DNA of 24,691 nt from a virus (taxonomy: Duplodnaviria > Caudoviricetes): positions 1 through 24,691 of the IMG/VR virus record IMGVR_UViG_3300027533_000086; one strand, written 5' to 3'. The stretch's first letter is position 1. The number at the start of each line of letters is the position of its first letter. The notes beneath the pieces are model-generated. The model was not told the DNA's origin and ran no database searches. It was given only the letters and a program-made list of their open reading frames with translations. Of this stretch, positions 1-7,669 are shown in pieces. A program made the translations under genes and the position numbers.

Positions 1-534
1 TCTCAGTGGAGGTCAGTGTGGCTTCCGCCCGCTTGTTCGCGGCCAAGAGCCCGTTGTAGAATCCCAGGTAGGCTCCGTTGGCAGTCCCCGCGACATACTC
101 CGTCTCGCCGTAGGACTTCCGAATCTGCCAGTAACAACTCCAGAACGCTTCTTCCAGCCACGGGAACAAAGCGCAGCTCACCGCCACGTCGAAAGTCTCC
201 CCAATGAATATGAAACTCCGGTAGGACTGGATGACACGAATTCCGAACACTTCCATGAGGGTGGCTGTGACGTATCGATGATACGGGCGGACGTGCTTGG
301 AGCGGATGTTCACGGAATTCTTGTCCGTGGTGATGCTGCCCTTCTTGTTCTTCCCGCTCTTGTCCTCCATGGAGATGTCCGGTCCGCGATCTCCAAGTGG
401 TAGCGCATGGCAATCTCCTTGGCTTTGCCCATCGCGGCTTCCATTTCGCCCTGGGTCGCTCCGCGCCCATGCGCGAGGGCAAGGCACTTGCGGATTTTCT
501 CAATGACTTCGTCGCTAACTTTATTGTTGCTCAT
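1..534 (-). pseudogene. DUF2786-like protein, frameshifted by a 5-bp tandem duplication; runs off the window edge
   Basis: N-terminus IEKIRKCLALA...EMEAAMGKAKEIAMRYHL fits the DUF2786 pattern. GTCCG is duplicated at 377-386; removing one copy gives an open frame IADISMEDK...FIFIGETFDV...YLGFYNGLL to the window edge. Confidence 0.75.
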
Positions 535-571
535 CTTCGGTTTTCTTTCTTGGTTACTTGGTTATCTGCAA

Positions 572-775
572 TTAGCTGCGGGTGACGTCTTCGTAATAGC
601 GGGCACCATTCAAACAGATCGGGATGCCGGGAATGTCGAGCGTGGCATACTCGTCCTGGACTACGTAGGCCACACCGTCCACCAACTTGGTGACAGTGCA
701 AGGGTCGCCATCCTCGCGCTCGGTGCAAGCGAAGAACACATTCACTTTATCTCCAACGTTCAAATTTGATTTCAT
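572..775 (-). CDS. hypothetical small phage protein (67 aa)
   Basis: ATG start, packed between neighbours, LNVGDKVNV beta-rich start, preceded by the GG-N10-GC motif at 790-803. Confidence 0.7.
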   Translation of the reverse strand: MKSNLNVGDKVNVFFACTEREDGDPCTVTKLVDGVAYVVQDEYATLDIPGIPICLNGARYYEDVTRS

Positions 776-788
776 ATGCGTATTGATA

Positions 789-805
789 AGCGGGTGTTAG
801 GCCCA
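789..805 (-). promoter_or_regulatory. sigma54-like GG-N10-GC motif
   Basis: Minus strand TG-GG-CCTAACACCC-GC-T, 14 nt before the ATG at 775. Lacks the canonical TT before GC. Confidence 0.5.
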
Positions 806-1030
806 GTAGTTCGGAAGGTCCGGGTTGCAGGACTGGCGGAACCGCGGGACGTCGAACGCCGCTGCCCGCAGGAATTGCTGGGCAACTTTGATAGTCGTTG
901 CTTCGATGGTGAGTGCGGCGGTGAAGGCATACTCCGCACCGGTGATGTTGCCCGAGGCTTCGTTCTTCTTGGCCGTGAGGCGCCACTGGCGGGCTTCTTC
1001 GGCGAATGCTGCGATGGTTTGCTTATTCAT
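797..1030 (-). CDS. hypothetical small phage protein
   Basis: ORF MNKQTIAAF...FDVPRFRQSC...NYWA, co-oriented with neighbouring small genes. Confidence 0.7.
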   Translation of the reverse strand: MNKQTIAAFAEEARQWRLTAKKNEASGNITGAEYAFTAALTIEATTIKVAQQFLRAAAFDVPRFRQSCNPDLPNYWA

Positions 1031-1068
1031 ATGCAAGGAGTGTCTATCAGTCTGTTCAAGTTGTCTCG

Positions 1069-1170
1069 TTATTTCTTGATATTCTTTTTGGTCCCGCGGA
1101 GCAAGCTGCGAAAGTAATTGCGGGCAGCTTTGTTCGAGGCGTCCATTGCTTTTCTATCGTTCTTTGTCAT
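1069..1170 (-). CDS. 33-aa basic peptide MTKNDRKAMDASNKAARNYFRSLLRGTKKNIKK (not in ORF track)
   Basis: ATG 12 nt downstream of the sigma54-like motif at 1183-1196; translated by hand. Confidence 0.55.
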   Translation of the reverse strand: MTKNDRKAMDASNKAARNYFRSLLRGTKKNIKK

Positions 1171-1181
1171 GACAGTCTATC

Positions 1182-1198
1182 AGCAATTACTATGCCCA
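1182..1198 (-). promoter_or_regulatory. sigma54-type -24/-12 promoter
   Basis: Minus strand TG-GG-CATAGTAATT-GC-T, close to the consensus TGGCACG-N4-TTGCW. Confidence 0.65.
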
Positions 1199-1227
1199 CC
1201 GGCTCCAGCTGGGCGTCCGGGGAAGTG

Positions 1228-1276
1228 GTCCATCTCCGAACCTGTTGCCCAGGACAGAGGTCCATCTTTGGACCTC
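1228..1276. promoter_or_regulatory. candidate activator/operator array with perfect palindrome GAGGTCCA-N4-TGGACCTC (1257-1276)
   Basis: 1228-1264 aligns without gaps to 23517-23553 at 25/37 positions (hand count). Confidence 0.6.
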
Positions 1277-1460
1277 GTGCTCCGCCTATTACTATAGTCA
1301 ACGCTCGCACCCGCTGCGAGTGTAAAACGACAGCAAAACTTGACACTCTTTTCCTATCAACGGAAGTGGTTGGTATTGATAGAGCAAGCGGGCCCAATCC
1401 CGCAAGTGTAAAGAAAAAGTGTCAACCCGCTTTACCTTCAGCGAAAACGGCTCCGATGAA

Positions 1461-1473
1461 TATCAATAACTTG
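1461..1473 (+). promoter_or_regulatory. IHF binding-site consensus
   Basis: TATCAATAACTTG matches WATCAANNNNTTR exactly and lies just upstream of the sigma54-like motif at 1480. Confidence 0.55.
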
Positions 1474-1477
1474 CATG

Positions 1478-1494
1478 TGGGCCAGGCGCTTGCT
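1478..1494 (+). promoter_or_regulatory. sigma54-type -24/-12 promoter
   Basis: TG-GG-CCAGGCGCTT-GC-T, 13 nt before the ATG at 1507. Confidence 0.65.
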
Positions 1495-1506
1495 ATCAAT
1501 ACTCAC

Positions 1507-1701
1507 ATGAAAGTTCAACGCATACACAAGACCCGCAAGTCCGCCGCCAGTTATTTAAGCAAGCGCGGCTGGGTGCGGGCGGGAGAATCCCTAGGCGACT
1601 GGCTATTCACCCATCCTACTCTCCGCCGCTGCAATATCATCATTCACCACTTTGACGGCACTTGGGGGATTGAAGACTGGAATAAGCCTACAGGTCTGTA
1701 A
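1507..1701 (+). CDS. hypothetical protein (64 aa)
   Basis: C-terminal part of ORF 1006..1701. Start reassigned to ATG 1507 because the upstream part overlaps opposite-strand genes and the regulatory region. Confidence 0.65.
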   Translation: MKVQRIHKTRKSAASYLSKRGWVRAGESLGDWLFTHPTLRRCNIIIHHFDGTWGIEDWNKPTGL

Positions 1702-1719
1702 TCGGGCCTGAGATATGCT
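1701..1719 (+). promoter_or_regulatory. sigma54-like GG-N10-GC motif
   Basis: ATCG-GG-CCTGAGATAT-GC-T; the first 10 nt (ATCGGGCCTG) are identical to the minus-strand copy at 23481-23499. Confidence 0.55.
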
Positions 1720-1788
1720 TGATGCGACTGGAAGAAAATAGTGCAAGAATAGATTGGACAGACTGAACATATAAATAGATAAAACGTT

Positions 1789-2538
1789 ATGAACTTGGTT
1801 TACCTCAGAGTAGGAGATGTGATCGTAAGCGGCGGAGCGGAGTGGGTCGTAGAGATGGTGAATGACTGCCGAGCCCGATGCCGCTGCCTCACCCGCAAGA
1901 TGCGGACGGTTAAAGATCGCATCCACGACGTCACCCGGACGTTCGCGGGCACAGCGGAGACGATGAACATTACTCCGCGCCTGGAGCCCGACATGGTGAT
2001 CCGACACGACAAGAATTTAGTAAACGCAAACAAAAACAAAGCAACAACGGAAGAACAAACAAACATGAAAGACAAAGCAACATCGACCAAAACGGACAGC
2101 AAGAAAACCGAAACCCACACCGGCCTCCTGGGCGGAATCTTCGGACACTCTGTGACCAGTGTGCTCCGCGCCCTCGGCAAAGCAGGTGTGGCCACGGCCC
2201 ACGCGCGGGAGATCATGAAGGCGCAAGACGTGGAAACCTCCGACATCACTGTGAGCATCCAGGTCAACGCGGGACGACGCGGCAAGGGTGGTCCGCCCGC
2301 AGAGTTGACCGCTGCACAGCTCAAGCAGCTCGTCTCCAGCGCCAAGGCCCCGGAGAAAGCCGCTCCCACCGCGAAGCCCGCCAAGAAGGGCAAAGCTGCC
2401 GCCGCGAAGGGTGGCAAGGCCGCCGCGAAGCCCGCTGCGAAGAAAAACGGGAAGAAGCCCGCCGCGAAGCCCGCAAAGGAAGATGCGGAGCCCGCACCCG
2501 ACACCGACGAAGAAGTAGTGGACGCTAGCGCGGAGTAA
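1789..2538 (+). CDS. hypothetical protein with histone H1-like Ala/Lys/Pro-rich tail; possible internal start at 2065
   Basis: AKPAKKGKAAAAKGGKAAAKPAAKK repeats followed by an acidic end; A/C-rich stretch before ATG 2065; followed by a terminator. Confidence 0.7.
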   Translation: MNLVYLRVGDVIVSGGAEWVVEMVNDCRARCRCLTRKMRTVKDRIHDVTRTFAGTAETMNITPRLEPDMVIRHDKNLVNANKNKATTEEQTNMKDKATSTKTDSKKTETHTGLLGGIFGHSVTSVLRALGKAGVATAHAREIMKAQDVETSDITVSIQVNAGRRGKGGPPAELTAAQLKQLVSSAKAPEKAAPTAKPAKKGKAAAAKGGKAAAKPAAKKNGKKPAAKPAKEDAEPAPDTDEEVVDASAE

Positions 2539-2558
2539 GCGACCCTCAACCCATCAAC

Positions 2559-2590
2559 GCCCTGGATTCAAACCCCAGGGCTTTTTTTTT
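2559..2590 (+). terminator. Rho-independent terminator
   Basis: GCCCTGG-N9-CCAGGGC hairpin followed by T9. Confidence 0.85.
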
Positions 2591-2628
2591 GCTTGCATCG
2601 CGTCCGCGGATCGCGTGATTATATGTGC

Positions 2629-2746
2629 AAGCAAGTGAAGTAGAGGTTCGAATTTGGAATTTGTCGCCGGACCAGGCGTGGAAGATGTCTAAAGGATTCG
2701 ACCCTCTGACTTGCTTACTTCCCACTGGTCCGGCGGCGTTTTGTTT
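2629..2746 (+). ncRNA. candidate structured leader RNA with interleaved helices A-B-A'-B'
   Basis: 2629-2653 pairs with 2696-2716; 2663-2675 pairs with 2725-2737 (13 bp, one G-U); followed by GTTTTGTTT. Confidence 0.5.
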
Positions 2747-2754
2747 AGCAGCTT

Positions 2755-3741
2755 ATGGGATTCATTATTCATAGAAGTCCGGGCAGCATAGCAGCAGAAG
2801 AAAAATACTTCGACAAGCTGGCGGCCGAGAACACGAGGGCACAAGTGATGGAAGCCTACGCGGATGATGAAGTGGTCCACAAAGATGGGTATGCACGCGG
2901 GTGGTATTTCCCTGTCTCTATCATCCGGCTCGTAATCGAGGAGCACACCCTCACCGGCGAGGACTTAGTTCTCCTCGGGATCATTAACATGATGCAAGAC
3001 CCCAAGAAGCAAGGGTGTTGGGCGAGTTCCGAATGGATAGCACGAAGATGGGGACGCACCGCCCGCCACGTCCAGCGCCGGCTCCCCGTGCTCCTAGAGC
3101 TTGGCCTTGTCCGTTCCTTCCAGCTGAAGGACGGGCATCGGCTCCGCCGTATCCTCCAAGTGTCCTGGGCGGGAGACAGCTACGATGGCACACCAATGGC
3201 CATACGGCAGCGTTCATCAACGACCACACGGACCGAAAGGGCCAAAAACAACGGCCCAAAACAGCCTAGGAATAGGGAATTAAGGGAAACTGGCGGCGCC
3301 GCTGGCGCGGCCCGCCGTGCGGCTGGCGCCGCCGGGTGTGATTTAGTTTTTTCTGATGGCAGCTTCCCCTCCACTAAAGCGGGCACGCTTTGCACCCACT
3401 TCGAGAGGTTCATCAAGCGCCATAAACTCCACAAGGGTGTAGATAGACGCACGGGCAAGGAATATGACATCAAAATAAACCAAGACACTTGGCTGCAAGC
3501 ATGTGCCACCCTGCTTAACGTCCACAGTCCCTCCGCTATTAAAGAAGTCATGGATTGGTATTTCGAACACCATCATGACAAGTATGTTCCCAAGTGCGGG
3601 TCCTTGATGGGCTTTGCGGAGAAATACAGACAGATCAAAGAGGCTGCGGCCCGGGACGGTGTGGGCTCCACCTCGGAACAGGAGGAGCGGGACGCACAAG
3701 ACAAAGCGGAAGTGGAGCGCCACCGCCACCTCAGTTATTAA
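2755..3741 (+). CDS. putative replication initiator / replisome organiser with N-terminal winged HTH
   Basis: LTGEDLVLLGII...GCWASSEWIARRWGRTARHVQRRLPVLLELGLV is typical of phage initiator HTHs; low-complexity linker; directly upstream of the helicase. Confidence 0.7.
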   Translation: MGFIIHRSPGSIAAEEKYFDKLAAENTRAQVMEAYADDEVVHKDGYARGWYFPVSIIRLVIEEHTLTGEDLVLLGIINMMQDPKKQGCWASSEWIARRWGRTARHVQRRLPVLLELGLVRSFQLKDGHRLRRILQVSWAGDSYDGTPMAIRQRSSTTTRTERAKNNGPKQPRNRELRETGGAAGAARRAAGAAGCDLVFSDGSFPSTKAGTLCTHFERFIKRHKLHKGVDRRTGKEYDIKINQDTWLQACATLLNVHSPSAIKEVMDWYFEHHHDKYVPKCGSLMGFAEKYRQIKEAAARDGVGSTSEQEERDAQDKAEVERHRHLSY

Positions 3742-3742
3742 C

Positions 3743-5155
3743 ATGGAGATCAAGAAATTCAAATCGCAGGAGGAGCAAACCGTCCTGGCGGCCTTGATCA
3801 CCCACGATGGGGTCCTGGGTGCCGTGGCGCTCGCCCTCGGTTCTGTAGACGATCCGTTTCCTAACCGCTGGAGCAATCAAATAGCCAAGTGGTGCTTCAG
3901 CTACTTTGCTAAATATCAGAAGGCACCCGGGCAACACATTCAGCAGCTATTCCTAAAGTGGGCCCAGCATGCCCCGGACCCGGCAGTGGCGGACTTGATT
4001 GAGAAGTATCTCGGGACCCTCAGCGACCACTACGAAGCGGCGCCTGCCCTCAATGAAGCGTATGTCATCGACTTAGCGTCCCACTACTTTGAACGGGTTC
4101 GGTTGGAGCGGATACGCGATGCGCTCGAATCTTCCCTGGAACGCGGGGACGTGAAGGAGGCGCGGGAAGCACTTGCCTCCCCGCCAGTAGACTTCTCCTC
4201 GGGCGCCTGGAAGGACCCGTTCTCCAAGGCAGCTATCAAGAAAACATTCAGCCACAAGGAAGATCAAACGATCGTCCAGTTCGACGGAGCCCTGGGTGAT
4301 TTCCTGTCCCCGCATTTCGAACGCACGGGCTTTATCTCCTTCTGCGGGCGGGACAAAGTAGGCAAGTCCTACTGGCTGCAAGAAGTCGTCTACACTGCAT
4401 TGAAGCAGAGGCGCAAGGTGCTCTACTATGTCTTGGGCGATATGTCGGAGGAGCAAGTCCACCGGCGCCTCTATAGCCGTTTGCTCCGGCGTCCCTGGAA
4501 AACAGGCTCAGTCAAGCGGCCTGTGTCGATAGCTCCCAATAACGGAGAAGCGAACATCCGTTTCCGAATGATGGAGCGGGAGGGCATCTCCGCCCGCGGA
4601 GTTTGGGAAGGCATCGAGAAGTTCAAGGAGGATACAGCGAGCAGTTCCATGCGGCTCCGGCTGCGGATTGCCGGCGGCATGGAAGTCTCCGCCAGCGGGA
4701 TCGAGCAGGATATCATCCGGCTGACCAAGCAAGAGCAATGGGCCCCGGACGTGGTCGTCATCGATTATGCGGACTTGCTCGCCGTGGAGGAGCACACCAA
4801 GCGCCAGGACGTGCGGCACCAAATGAACGCCTCGTGGATGACCATGCGGCGCATTGCGCTGAGCTATCACTGCCTCGTCGTTACCGCGACCCAGACGGCG
4901 TCCACCGCCTACGGCTCCTGGCTGATACGCAAGAAGGACTTCTCCGAGGACAAGCGCAAGAATGCCCACGTCACTGGCATGATCGGGATCAACCAAATGG
5001 AAAAGTCCGAGAACGGGAGCCCGTCGGAAAAAGAGTTAGGAGTCTACCGCTTGAATTGGGTAGTCTTGCGCGGCGGCGGGTGGTCTGAATCCAAGGTCGT
5101 GTGGACTGCGGGCAACTTGGCCGTTGCTTGTCCTTGCATCATCTCCTCCTTTTAA
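3743..5155 (+). CDS. dnaB: DnaB-like (SF4) replicative helicase
   Basis: EEQTVLAALI N-terminus, Walker A GRDKVGKS, Walker B VVVIDYADLL, TATQ motif. Start reassigned to ATG 3743. Confidence 0.85.
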   Translation: MEIKKFKSQEEQTVLAALITHDGVLGAVALALGSVDDPFPNRWSNQIAKWCFSYFAKYQKAPGQHIQQLFLKWAQHAPDPAVADLIEKYLGTLSDHYEAAPALNEAYVIDLASHYFERVRLERIRDALESSLERGDVKEAREALASPPVDFSSGAWKDPFSKAAIKKTFSHKEDQTIVQFDGALGDFLSPHFERTGFISFCGRDKVGKSYWLQEVVYTALKQRRKVLYYVLGDMSEEQVHRRLYSRLLRRPWKTGSVKRPVSIAPNNGEANIRFRMMEREGISARGVWEGIEKFKEDTASSSMRLRLRIAGGMEVSASGIEQDIIRLTKQEQWAPDVVVIDYADLLAVEEHTKRQDVRHQMNASWMTMRRIALSYHCLVVTATQTASTAYGSWLIRKKDFSEDKRKNAHVTGMIGINQMEKSENGSPSEKELGVYRLNWVVLRGGGWSESKVVWTAGNLAVACPCIISSF

Positions 5156-5175
5156 CAGATAATAAATACGAACCT

Positions 5176-5640
5176 ATGAAAATGACACGAACTAAAGCAA
5201 TTGCGTTCTTCGCTGCCGTTGGCTTTCCCAAAGCGGACGAGTGGGACGACGCCAAATTGATTGCCCGCTTGGCGCAAGTCACAACGCGGATTCCCGCAGA
5301 GCACGTCCCAACCGCCGTCATGCCCGTCTACGAAGAGCTGAAAGACGATCCGGACGTGGAGTTTCTCCGCGAGGACGGCCTGCCGGCTGAGAAGCCAAAG
5401 GGACGCCCGAAGCAGAAGGACGAAACCCTTCCCGAACCCACGCGCGACAAGGACGGCGCTCCGCACGGGACGATGAAGGCTTCCGTGAACTCAGTCCTGA
5501 CCGTTGCTTGGAAAACGGATAAGAAGATTGCCAAGGAGGCGGGGATCGGGTTACAGCAAGCGCGGCGCTGGCTCCGCAAGATAGTAGCGGACGGCAAAGT
5601 GGAAAAGCGAAACCAAATCATTTACCGCATCAAGGAGTAA
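5176..5640 (+). CDS. hypothetical protein with probable C-terminal winged-helix DNA-binding domain
   Basis: KTDKKIAKEAGIGLQQARRWLRKIVADGKVEK...YRI pattern. Confidence 0.6.
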   Translation: MKMTRTKAIAFFAAVGFPKADEWDDAKLIARLAQVTTRIPAEHVPTAVMPVYEELKDDPDVEFLREDGLPAEKPKGRPKQKDETLPEPTRDKDGAPHGTMKASVNSVLTVAWKTDKKIAKEAGIGLQQARRWLRKIVADGKVEKRNQIIYRIKE

Positions 5641-5642
5641 CT

Positions 5643-6008
5643 ATGTTCACGCTCACAAAAGAATTCAGGTTCGAAGCAGCCCACATGCTACCGCATCACG
5701 ATGGCAAATGCCAGCGGTTGCACGGCCACAGCTGGAAGATGAAGTTGGCTGTCCAGCGGACTGATTTAGTTTTTAGCGGGCCCAAGCAAGGGATGCTGGT
5801 GGACTTCGGGGACCTTAGCAAAGCCGTCCGCCCGTTGCTGGAGAACTATCTTGATCACCACTATTTGAACGAGACGCTTAAGCTGGAGAACCCTACCAGC
5901 GAGGAGATAGCCCGCTGGATTTACAATTACCTTGAGCGCATCATTCCGGACCTGAAAGGCATTTCCATTGAGGAGACTTGCACGTCCGCATGCCTCTATG
6001 TGCCATGA
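5643..6008 (+). CDS. queD: 6-carboxy-5,6,7,8-tetrahydropterin synthase
   Basis: KEFRFEAAH, KCQRLHGHSW, LDHHYLNE, NPTSEEIA and EET motifs. Confidence 0.95.
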   Translation: MFTLTKEFRFEAAHMLPHHDGKCQRLHGHSWKMKLAVQRTDLVFSGPKQGMLVDFGDLSKAVRPLLENYLDHHYLNETLKLENPTSEEIARWIYNYLERIIPDLKGISIEETCTSACLYVP

Positions 6009-6697
6009 GCGTTACCTATCCCATCCACGAAGTGTTTGACACGTTCCAAGGGGAAGGCGTCCACATGGGGAAGCCCGCATTCTTCATCAGAACGTTCGGC
6101 TGTCCGGTTCACTGTCCTTGGTGCGATTCAGCGGGAACCTGGCATCCCGACTGGATTCCCCAGGACGTGAACCGGATGACTCCTGAAGAACTAATTCGAC
6201 AGATGCCTCATAACGTCAACATTGTGGTCATTACCGGCGGCGAGCCGGCAATACATGACTTGGCTCCGCTGGTGGATGCGTTGCACGAGCGCCGGATGCG
6301 GGCGCACCTGGAGACCAGTGGTGGCTTCGCCATCAAGGGAGAATTCGATTGGATAACGCTCTCGCCCAAGCGGTGGAAGCCGCCGCTGCCTGCAAGCGTG
6401 CAGATGGCGAACGAGTTCAAAGTCATTGTCGAAGATTACGAGGATATCGAATTTTATAACTCCATGTTGATCCGCTGCGGGATGACCGAGCAGTCCACCA
6501 AACCCATCTGGCTCCACCCCGAATGGAGCAAGCATAAGAATCCCGAAGTCCTGGACGCCATCTGTGAAGCGGTAAAGGACGGCAAGGGAAGGTTCCGGGC
6601 AGGCTGGCAGCTTCACAAGTGTTATCAAGTAGACAGACTAGATTCAAGATCAAAGCCCTTAGTTCCGCTAGGGGGTAACTTCAAGAAAGGTTTCTAA
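6005..6697 (+). CDS. queE: 7-carboxy-7-deazaguanine synthase (radical SAM)
   Basis: EVFDTFQGEG, CxxxCxxC (CPVHCPWCD), ITGGEP, HLETSG, TLSPK, QLHK; ATGA overlap with queD. Confidence 0.93.
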   Translation: MSVTYPIHEVFDTFQGEGVHMGKPAFFIRTFGCPVHCPWCDSAGTWHPDWIPQDVNRMTPEELIRQMPHNVNIVVITGGEPAIHDLAPLVDALHERRMRAHLETSGGFAIKGEFDWITLSPKRWKPPLPASVQMANEFKVIVEDYEDIEFYNSMLIRCGMTEQSTKPIWLHPEWSKHKNPEVLDAICEAVKDGKGRFRAGWQLHKCYQVDRLDSRSKPLVPLGGNFKKGF

Positions 6698-6703
6698 ACT
6701 GAA

Positions 6704-7669
6704 ATGGAAAAGCGAATATTGACTCAAGCAGAGTGCCACCTGGCTGCCAAGCGATTGCGGGCGGACTATTTCTCCAATCATCAACCGTTGCTCAAAGAAC
6801 GCTTGCGGCTGTATGGCGTCCCACGCGGTGGTGTTCCCGTCGCTTACCTGGTGGGCCAGGACGTTGGGCAAGACACTTTGGTGGGGAGCCCGGCCGACGC
6901 AACCCTGATTGTTGATGACATTGTTGACAGCGGGCGGACGCGGGATCGCTACCACGCTTTGTTTCCCGAGACTACATTCCTTGCGCTCGCGGACTATCTC
7001 GAGCCCAAGAGAGTCCCCGGACAGTGGATCGTATTTCCGTGGGAGCGGAGCGAGCCCGGGTCCGACACGTCCGCCGATGACGTTGTGATTCGTTTGCTGC
7101 AATACATCGGCGAGGACCCGGTGCGGGACGGGCTGAAGGACACGCCCAAGCGGGTTCTCAAAGCGTGGAAGGAACTCACCGTGGGTTACTCCCAGGACCC
7201 CGGTGCCATACTCGAGAAGAGCTTTGAGATCCACCGCTACGACCAAGTGATTGCTTGCTCCTGGATTGAATTCTATTCCATGTGCGAACATCACATGCTC
7301 CCCTTCTCCGGCTATGCCCACGTCGCTTACTTGCCCGCAGAGGGAGATGTGAACGGTGTTCCTAGAGGCATCCCTAAAGTTGTCGGGCTCTCCAAGCTCG
7401 CCCGCTTGGTGGAATGCTTTGCCCGGCGCTTGCAAGTCCAAGAACGGATGACTGAAGACATTGCACACTCACTGGAGGAGCACCTGAGGCCGCGCGGCGT
7501 GGCGGTGGTCATCCAAGCGAAACACTTGTGCATGGCGTGCCGGGGAGTTGAGAAGCACAAGTCGGTGATGGTCACGAGCGCGATGCGCGGCGTATTCCGG
7601 GATATCGGACCCGCCCGCGCTGAGTTCTTCCAACTGATCGAACTAGCACGACATTCCAATGGCCACTGA
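6704..7669 (+). CDS. folE: fusion of a type I phosphoribosyltransferase domain (N) and GTP cyclohydrolase I (C)
   Basis: PRTase: [24 protein letters not shown]. FolE: [44 protein letters not shown]. Confidence 0.92.
   Translation: MEKRILTQAECHLAAKRLRADYFSNHQPLLKERLRLYGVPRGGVPVAYLVGQDVGQDTLVGSPADATLIVDDIVDSGRTRDRYHALFPETTFLALADYLEPKRVPGQWIVFPWERSEPGSDTSADDVVIRLLQYIGEDPVRDGLKDTPKRVLKAWKELTVGYSQDPGAILEKSFEIHRYDQVIACSWIEFYSMCEHHMLPFSGYAHVAYLPAEGDVNGVPRGIPKVVGLSKLARLVECFARRLQVQERMTEDIAHSLEEHLRPRGVAVVIQAKHLCMACRGVEKHKSVMVTSAMRGVFRDIGPARAEFFQLIELARHSNGH

Noticed and set aside
1318-1424. TTGACA hexamers on both strands in the divergent region
   Set aside because: No credible -10 box at 16-18 nt spacing, so not called as sigma70 promoters.
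2002-2011. CGACA CGACA tandem repeat as a possible further frameshifting duplication
   Set aside because: The current frame is open, and removing a copy gives no better gene model.
1800-2549. 249-aa minus-strand ORF and other long antisense ORFs (e.g. 6668-7468, 10770-11378, 16626-17255, 20467-21117)
   Set aside because: Shadows of GC-rich + strand genes that carry the recognisable motifs.
2578-2593. GGGC-T9-GCT also fits GG-N10-GC
   Set aside because: Fully explained by the terminator stem and T-tract; not counted as a promoter, though dual use cannot be excluded.
3339-5774. TGATTTAGTTTTT occurring twice (near 3339 and 5762)
   Set aside because: Both copies are inside coding sequence (DLVF); only two copies and no positional logic.
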